Shown: positions 58,661 through 64,000 of the stretch, piece after piece
Numbering within the stretch: position 1 is the first letter of the stretch
How the letters are laid out: each line of letters begins with the position of its first letter
Virus record (IMG/VR): IMGVR_UViG_3300025096_002712
Span: 42,291-106,290 of that record
Source: a virus
Length of the DNA: 64,000 bases
Strand: one strand, 5' to 3'
Notes under the pieces: model-generated
The model's database searches: none
What the model was told of the DNA's origin: nothing
The model's input: the letters and a program-made list of their open reading frames with translations, nothing else
Program-made: the position numbers and the translations under genes

Positions 58661-59921
58661 TAAAATAAAATATGATTTCGGTGGTGATGATTTTATTCTT
58701 CCTTATGATAGATTTAAGGATTTTAAGTGTAGTAAACATTCGTGGGATGAAATGTATCAACAGACATTTGTTGTTGAACCTACTAATAGGGATTACAAAT
58801 ATCACTTGTGGTTTGTTGATCCCGATTTTTTATTTGATAGTGAAATTGATGAATATCAAACAGATGAATATATTAAAAAAACATTTCCATCAGTTAAAGA
58901 TACTTGGGATGATGAAAAGTTGTGGGTTATTATAGATAGAAAAAGTGAGGCACTACCAGAAAGTTCTGCACAAGATTATCTTGAAAAAATATGCAAATTT
59001 GGATATAATAAAGATAGGATAAAATTTATTTCGAGTTCTTATGAACCTGGTATTTTAACGGTCAATTTTTGTTGGGAATTATTTATCCGTGCATTGAGAT
59101 TTAGATTACCAGATTATATGTTTGGTCGAAAATTTGTGCAAATGGATAGAGGAATGAATTGGGAATATTATGAAAAATATGAAGATAGTATTCAATATAA
59201 AAAATGGTTACTTGATTTAGATAGTGATGAGTTGTTAGAACCACGTCCTTATACTTTCCTGAATTATAATGGAACTTTACCAGGTCATAAATTGACACTC
59301 TTGTCGGAAATATATAAAAGAAAATTAGAAAACTATTTTTTATTATCGGCAACAAATAGAGATAGGACCTCTATTGATACTTTAAAGGAAAGATTATATC
59401 AGTTTAATCCAGACGCCGATGGAAAGATTTTTGATTTATTACCAATATATCTTGATATAACAAAGGATATGGATAGTGAATTGCAAGTATTCAGACATGA
59501 TAAATATAGTTCCGAGATAGGAAATTCTAATCCTAAAAAAGTTCATTATAATAAAACTTACTTTAGTGTTATTAGTGAAACTTCTTTTGATGTGACAAGA
59601 TTGGTTGGTGATCCTTGGAAGGCAATGATATTACATCCATTTATATTGAACGCGGGGATGGGAAGTTTAAAATTATTTAAATCGTTTGGATTTAAAAGTT
59701 TTCCAAATGTGTTTGATGAGTCTTATGATGATATAGAGGATAATTTGGAACGGAGTAGATTTATAATAGATGAAATAGAAAGAGTTTGTTTAGTGAGTGA
59801 AAAAGAGAAGCATAAATTATATTTAGATTCTATACCTATTATAAAATATAATCAAAAACTTTTATGTGAGTTTGATGTAGAGAGTATGATTTTTAATATT
59901 TTTAATGAACTTGTTAGTTAA
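58647..59921 (+). CDS. GT10-like paralogue family (9 of 9; divergent subtype)
   Basis: DYKYHLWFV shared with 56692; TYFSVISETSF; GFKSFPNVFDESYD. Confidence 0.45.
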   Translation: MKLSDKIKYDFGGDDFILPYDRFKDFKCSKHSWDEMYQQTFVVEPTNRDYKYHLWFVDPDFLFDSEIDEYQTDEYIKKTFPSVKDTWDDEKLWVIIDRKSEALPESSAQDYLEKICKFGYNKDRIKFISSSYEPGILTVNFCWELFIRALRFRLPDYMFGRKFVQMDRGMNWEYYEKYEDSIQYKKWLLDLDSDELLEPRPYTFLNYNGTLPGHKLTLLSEIYKRKLENYFLLSATNRDRTSIDTLKERLYQFNPDADGKIFDLLPIYLDITKDMDSELQVFRHDKYSSEIGNSNPKKVHYNKTYFSVISETSFDVTRLVGDPWKAMILHPFILNAGMGSLKLFKSFGFKSFPNVFDESYDDIEDNLERSRFIIDEIERVCLVSEKEKHKLYLDSIPIIKYNQKLLCEFDVESMIFNIFNELVS

Positions 59922-59924
59922 ATT

Positions 59925-59944
59925 ATATTTATTAGTATGAAAAA
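59925..59944 (+). promoter_or_regulatory. ATATTTATTAGT-ATG motif, identical to 23117-23136
   Basis: Exact 20-nt match; lies directly before the ATG at 59937. Confidence 0.55.
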
Positions 59945-61949
59945 CCTTTTAATATGTGAATTTAGTAATATTTTCGGATACGGCGAAGTTCGTTTGCCAT
60001 ATAGTACTGGTGTAATTTGGAGTCATTGTAGGACGGATGAAATTATATCCAAAAACTATGATGTTAGTAATTGGATATATTGGAAAGATGAAAAGAAAAA
60101 TATAATGGAACACATTACAGAGAAACCAGATGTGGTATTCTTTTCTTGTAATGTATGGTCTTGGACTTTATCTAATGAAGTTGCTGAATTAATAAAACAG
60201 ACATGGCCAGATTGTGTGGTTATTTATGGTGGACAAATGCCACCACGTTCTAACAATACAAGATGGGTTAGAAGAAATCCATCAATATATGATTTTTATA
60301 AAAACCGACCATATGTAGATATTATTGCACATCACGAAGGGGAAGAAACTACAAGAGAGTTGTTAATAGAATTATTAGAGGATAAACCAGATTTAAGTAA
60401 AATTTTAGGGATTTCATATAAAAATGAAGATTTGACTACGAGTATAAATCTACAAAGAGATAGAATTAAGGATTTAAATTCAATGCCAAGTCCTTACTTG
60501 GATGGAACATTTGATAAATTAATTTCCAACAAACCTAAACACATACGAAAATTTAAAATGACGGTTGAACCATCAAGAGGTTGTCCATACGCGTGTACAT
60601 TTTGTGAAATTGGGGATACACTTTATACTAAGATAGAAAGACATTCTATTGAAAAAATATGTGCAGAATTAGATTGGGCATCAAAGAAGGAAATAGAGTT
60701 TATAGATTGTGCAGATTCTAATTTTGGTTTATTTCCAGAACATAAAGATATGGTTGAGTATATGGGTAAGAAAAAAAGAGAAACTGGTTACCCTATTAGA
60801 TTTTCAGTATCTTGGTCTAAAGGACATGCCGATAGGGTAATGAATATAGCTAAAATAATGAAGGAAGAAGAACTTGATAAAACAGGTGTAACCATAGCAT
60901 TACAATCGATGAATCCAGACACACTCAAGGCAATAAAAAGAAAAAATATCGATAATGGTAAATTGGCAGAATTTTTGAAAAAGTATGAATTAGACCATCT
61001 TGATACTTATGTAGAATTGGTAATGGGATTACCATTGGAAACATTCGATTCGTGGGTTGATGGATTGTGTTATTTGATGGAGATAGGTTTACACACTTCA
61101 GCAAAAATGTTTCCTTGTGCAGCACTACCAAATACACCAATAGCAGAAAAAGAATATGGAGAATTGTATGGTATTCAGTATGCACCCATCTATGAATCAA
61201 ATCATACACCATATAATCCAGAGGCACAATCTGGTGGTTGGGATATTGTTATTGGAACTAAGGCCATGCCACATACGGATTGGAAACGTGCATATATGTT
61301 TAAATGGTTGTCAGGATGTTTTCATTGGTTGGGATATACACAATTCATAAGTAGATATTTGAGAAATATGAATGGTGTTTCATATAGGGATTTTTATTGT
61401 AATCTATTAGAATTTGCAGAAAATAATGAAGATACATTCATTGGTTCAGAATTAAAAATAACAATGGATAATTTAGAATACGCAATTGCAAACCAATCTT
61501 CGTTGGGCAGAGTAATTGAAGAAGTAGATGATGATAGTGATAAAAATCAACTTATTTGGGATTATGACGAGGCGACGGCAATATACTTAAATTTAGGAAA
61601 TAAGGATAGATTTTATAGAGAATTGAGAGATTTTTTAAAGACAAATTTGAGTTTATCTTTTGATGATGACTTGTGGGATGATATTGTAAAATACCAATCT
61701 AATGCCATCATAAATCCGTATGATGAATACCCATATATAGATGATTTTAATTATAATATTCATAATTGTACTATGGGAACTTCTGATACATTAAAAAATG
61801 GTGGGTATAAACTTGAATTTAATCAAAGTTGGGCAGACAATCCTAAAAACAAAAAGGGATATTTTGGTGATAAGTTTCAATTTGCATGTGAGAAGTTATG
61901 GTGGTTGAGAAATCGTGGTGAATATAAGGCAAAGGTACGGGAGTTATAG
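59937..61949 (+). CDS. Cobalamin-binding radical SAM protein (LPYSTG subfamily)
   Basis: RLPYSTGVIW; HEGE; SRGCPYACTFC; ADSNFG. Confidence 0.88.
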   Translation: MKNLLICEFSNIFGYGEVRLPYSTGVIWSHCRTDEIISKNYDVSNWIYWKDEKKNIMEHITEKPDVVFFSCNVWSWTLSNEVAELIKQTWPDCVVIYGGQMPPRSNNTRWVRRNPSIYDFYKNRPYVDIIAHHEGEETTRELLIELLEDKPDLSKILGISYKNEDLTTSINLQRDRIKDLNSMPSPYLDGTFDKLISNKPKHIRKFKMTVEPSRGCPYACTFCEIGDTLYTKIERHSIEKICAELDWASKKEIEFIDCADSNFGLFPEHKDMVEYMGKKKRETGYPIRFSVSWSKGHADRVMNIAKIMKEEELDKTGVTIALQSMNPDTLKAIKRKNIDNGKLAEFLKKYELDHLDTYVELVMGLPLETFDSWVDGLCYLMEIGLHTSAKMFPCAALPNTPIAEKEYGELYGIQYAPIYESNHTPYNPEAQSGGWDIVIGTKAMPHTDWKRAYMFKWLSGCFHWLGYTQFISRYLRNMNGVSYRDFYCNLLEFAENNEDTFIGSELKITMDNLEYAIANQSSLGRVIEEVDDDSDKNQLIWDYDEATAIYLNLGNKDRFYRELRDFLKTNLSLSFDDDLWDDIVKYQSNAIINPYDEYPYIDDFNYNIHNCTMGTSDTLKNGGYKLEFNQSWADNPKNKKGYFGDKFQFACEKLWWLRNRGEYKAKVREL

Positions 61950-61953
61950 TTTT

Positions 61954-62742
61954 ATGGATATAATGAAGATACCATCTAAATGGAATCGGGTTTTTAGAAA
62001 AGAAGTAATACGGTTATTATCAGAAAGAAATATAATTGATAAACAATTTTTTGATTTAGAAAAGTTACATTTATGTGTTAATAAAGAATTATTTGATTAT
62101 GGACCTGATATTGGTAATTATGCTGGATTAGAAAATAGATTAACTATTCAGATGTATGAAACAGATGATATTTTTTTAGAGACTTATTATAAGTTTTTAC
62201 ATGATTTAAAAATAGAGTTAGGATTTGATTTTTATTTTCAATTAACACCTACTTTTAGATTTCACGCACCAAAATCAGAAAATGAGGATAGATTTCCAGA
62301 ATTTCATTCAGATAGACAAAAAGGACATCCACCAGAGGAAATTAATATTTGGTTTTCATTAACTGAAAATAATCATTCCAATTTTTACATTATTGACAAA
62401 GAAAAAAGTAATAAATGGGTAGAGGATTATGATTCCGATTATAAAAAGTTTGGAGAAGTTTCTTATAATTCAAAACATGGAGTAGATGATAGTTTTAGTG
62501 AAATGGGATTTAGTTTGGCAGAAGAAGTTGAATCAACAATTAATGATATATATGTTTTTGATTCTGATTGTATACATACAGCAGTTCCAAGAAAAGAAGA
62601 AACCAGAGTTTCAATGGATATAAGAATTAATCCAGTTGAAAAATTTGTTGATGGTTATGTGGGGAGTGGAAATATGCAGGCAGAGTTTAGACCTGGTGGA
62701 AGATTTGGTTACTATGAAAAATCAATAGGAAAGATAATATGA
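61954..62742 (+). CDS. 2OG-Fe(II)-type oxygenase, StrG-like
   Basis: FQLTPTFRFHAP; FHSD...GHPPEEINIW; HTA...TRVSMDIR. Start placed at ATG 61954 after GGAG. Confidence 0.6.
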   Translation: MDIMKIPSKWNRVFRKEVIRLLSERNIIDKQFFDLEKLHLCVNKELFDYGPDIGNYAGLENRLTIQMYETDDIFLETYYKFLHDLKIELGFDFYFQLTPTFRFHAPKSENEDRFPEFHSDRQKGHPPEEINIWFSLTENNHSNFYIIDKEKSNKWVEDYDSDYKKFGEVSYNSKHGVDDSFSEMGFSLAEEVESTINDIYVFDSDCIHTAVPRKEETRVSMDIRINPVEKFVDGYVGSGNMQAEFRPGGRFGYYEKSIGKII

Positions 62743-62864
62743 AAAATATAAAACCTTTTTGGGATGAAGAATATAAAAAATTAGATTATCGAAAAGAAAT
62801 TTTCAATGATGAGTATGTCATAGAAGAATTTAACAATAAATTAGTATCAATATTTAAAATATGA
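62739..62864 (+). CDS. 41-aa small ORF, possibly a gene remnant (not in ORF track)
   Basis: MKNIKPFWDEEYKKLDYRKEIFNDEYVIEEFNNKLVSIFKI-stop; ATGA overlaps at both ends. Confidence 0.6.
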   Translation: MKNIKPFWDEEYKKLDYRKEIFNDEYVIEEFNNKLVSIFKI

Positions 62865-63754
62865 GAATATTAATAACAGGTGGAGCAGGTTATCTTGGTT
62901 CTAAATTAACAGAAACACTTTTAAGTCAAGAACATAATGTAATTGTATATGATAATTTATTTTTTGGTTCAGTAGGAATAATTCCATTTTTAGATAATCC
63001 AAAATATAAATTAATTAAAAATACAATAAATAATCTTGAATTAATAGAGGCCGTTGTAAAGGATGTAGATTATGTTATTCATTTGGCAGCAATAGTAGGA
63101 GAACCAAGTTGTAAACAATATGAAAGTTCGGTATATGGTGTAAATTCAGGAGCCACATCATGGATTAGTAAATGTGCATATAACTATGATATACCATTAT
63201 TATTTTTAAGCACTTGTAGTAATTATGGGAAAACTGATGAAGTAGTAACAGAAGATTCACTATTAGAACCACTTGGGTTATATGCAGACTCAAAAATACA
63301 GGCAGAAGAAATTGTATTAGATAACAAACAGTTGGTATTGAGAATGTCTACATTATTTGGAGTGAGTTATAGAGTTAGATATGATATAACAATAAATGAG
63401 TTTGTATATCAGTATTATAGGGATAAATTGTTAAAAGTTTATGGTGAAGATACTTGGCGACCATATCTTCATGTTCAAGATGCATGTAATATGATTATTA
63501 AATGTATGGAAAAAGATTTACGGGGTGTTTATAATGTGGGATTTAATAATTTAAACTATCAAAAGAAAGAAATTGTGAATGCAATAGTAGAATATCTTGG
63601 AGACGGTAAAATTGAATATGTTGATTTTGATGATCCAAGAGACTACCAAGTCAATTTTGATAAAATACAAAATGAATTGAATTGTCAATATAAGTTTTCA
63701 CTTGAAGATGGTATCCGTGAGTTATATGAAACTATTCAACGTGGAATGGTGTAA
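62861..63754 (+). CDS. NAD-dependent epimerase/dehydratase (extended SDR)
   Basis: ITGGAGYLGS; HLAAIVG; STCSNYG; YADSK; paralogue of 36827. Confidence 0.92.
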   Translation: MRILITGGAGYLGSKLTETLLSQEHNVIVYDNLFFGSVGIIPFLDNPKYKLIKNTINNLELIEAVVKDVDYVIHLAAIVGEPSCKQYESSVYGVNSGATSWISKCAYNYDIPLLFLSTCSNYGKTDEVVTEDSLLEPLGLYADSKIQAEEIVLDNKQLVLRMSTLFGVSYRVRYDITINEFVYQYYRDKLLKVYGEDTWRPYLHVQDACNMIIKCMEKDLRGVYNVGFNNLNYQKKEIVNAIVEYLGDGKIEYVDFDDPRDYQVNFDKIQNELNCQYKFSLEDGIRELYETIQRGMV

Positions 63755-64000
63755 TGAAAGTAGAATATTATTACGAGAGAACACAAAGGGCATTAGATGA
63801 AAATAAAATGATTGCTCCTATTAGTGTGGAAATTGATTTGACTAATGTATGTTATCAAAAGTGTTATTATTGTAATGTAGAACAATTTAGAGCTGAAAAT
63901 CCAGATAAAGGAACTACTGAAGATTATTTGAAATTAATATCTTCATTACCAAAGGAAACAAAAGATATTACTTTTGCCGGTGGTGGAGAACCACTTGATA
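63754..64000 (+). CDS. Radical SAM protein (3'-truncated; not in ORF track)
   Basis: MKVEYY...PISVEIDLTNVCYQKCYYC...ITFAGGGEP; TAATG overlap; runs off the window edge. Confidence 0.85.
   Translation, partial: MKVEYYYERTQRALDENKMIAPISVEIDLTNVCYQKCYYCNVEQFRAENPDKGTTEDYLKLISSLPKETKDITFAGGGEPLD

Noticed and set aside
1-64000. Stop-codon reassignment or selenocysteine readthrough
   Set aside because: TAA, TAG and TGA all end genes at tight overlaps with the next start, and coding density is already near complete under code 11.
10500-64000. DNA hypermodification cluster
   Set aside because: Not favoured, though not excluded: no thymidylate synthase/hydroxymethylase, nucleotide kinase or DNA polymerase in the window, while lectin-bearing GT7s and adjacency to fibre genes point to protein-linked glycans.
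10500-64000. Cellular LPS/capsule locus
   Set aside because: No visible membrane transport or polymerase genes, no housekeeping genes, and direct continuity with phage fibre genes.
1-64000. tRNA or rRNA genes
   Set aside because: The intergenic gaps are too short or lack cloverleaf/T-loop signatures; the 46.3 kb structure is a long hairpin, not a tRNA.

Overview
A 64 kb, AT-rich (roughly 30% GC by eye) stretch in which all credible genes lie on the + strand and are mostly translationally coupled by ATGA/TAATG overlaps. It looks like part of a large tailed-phage (jumbo phage) genome; this is inferred from tail-fibre genes, since no capsid, terminase or polymerase is in the window. Positions 1-10.4 kb are a virion fibre/appendage module: a repeat-built Ser/Gly-rich fibre (5'-truncated), two proteins with C-terminal peptidase S74 chaperones, three proteins sharing a short 'tip' motif (two of them end in Hint/BIL autoprocessing domains with no splicing nucleophile), a SET-domain protein and a GT-B glycosyltransferase. 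Positions 10.5-64 kb are a very large glycan-building and tailoring island. It encodes about 18 glycosyltransferase-like proteins: three GT7 enzymes with a LamG domain inserted inside the catalytic fold, nine paralogues of a GT10-like family, three NodZ/GT11/GT23-like, two GT-A, plus the GT4-like gene in the fibre module. It also encodes five B12-radical SAM and two other radical SAM enzymes, four SGNH proteins, a NodU carbamoyltransferase, five 2OG-Fe(II)-type oxygenases, and NDP-sugar enzymes (Ugd, Gmd, RmlC, ColD-like, a ThDP E1 alpha/beta pair, several SDRs). I see no membrane export or polymerase proteins. The main hypothesis is a phage-encoded cytoplasmic virion glycosylation system acting on an [S/T]-[G/A/S]-S motif that is strongly enriched in the structural proteins, possibly coupled to Hint-mediated covalent attachment of tip modules. 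Two structured intergenic RNAs, a recurrent TATTTATTA promoter-like motif and two small ORFs missing from the ORF track were also found. All family assignments come from motif recognition by eye; no database searches were run.
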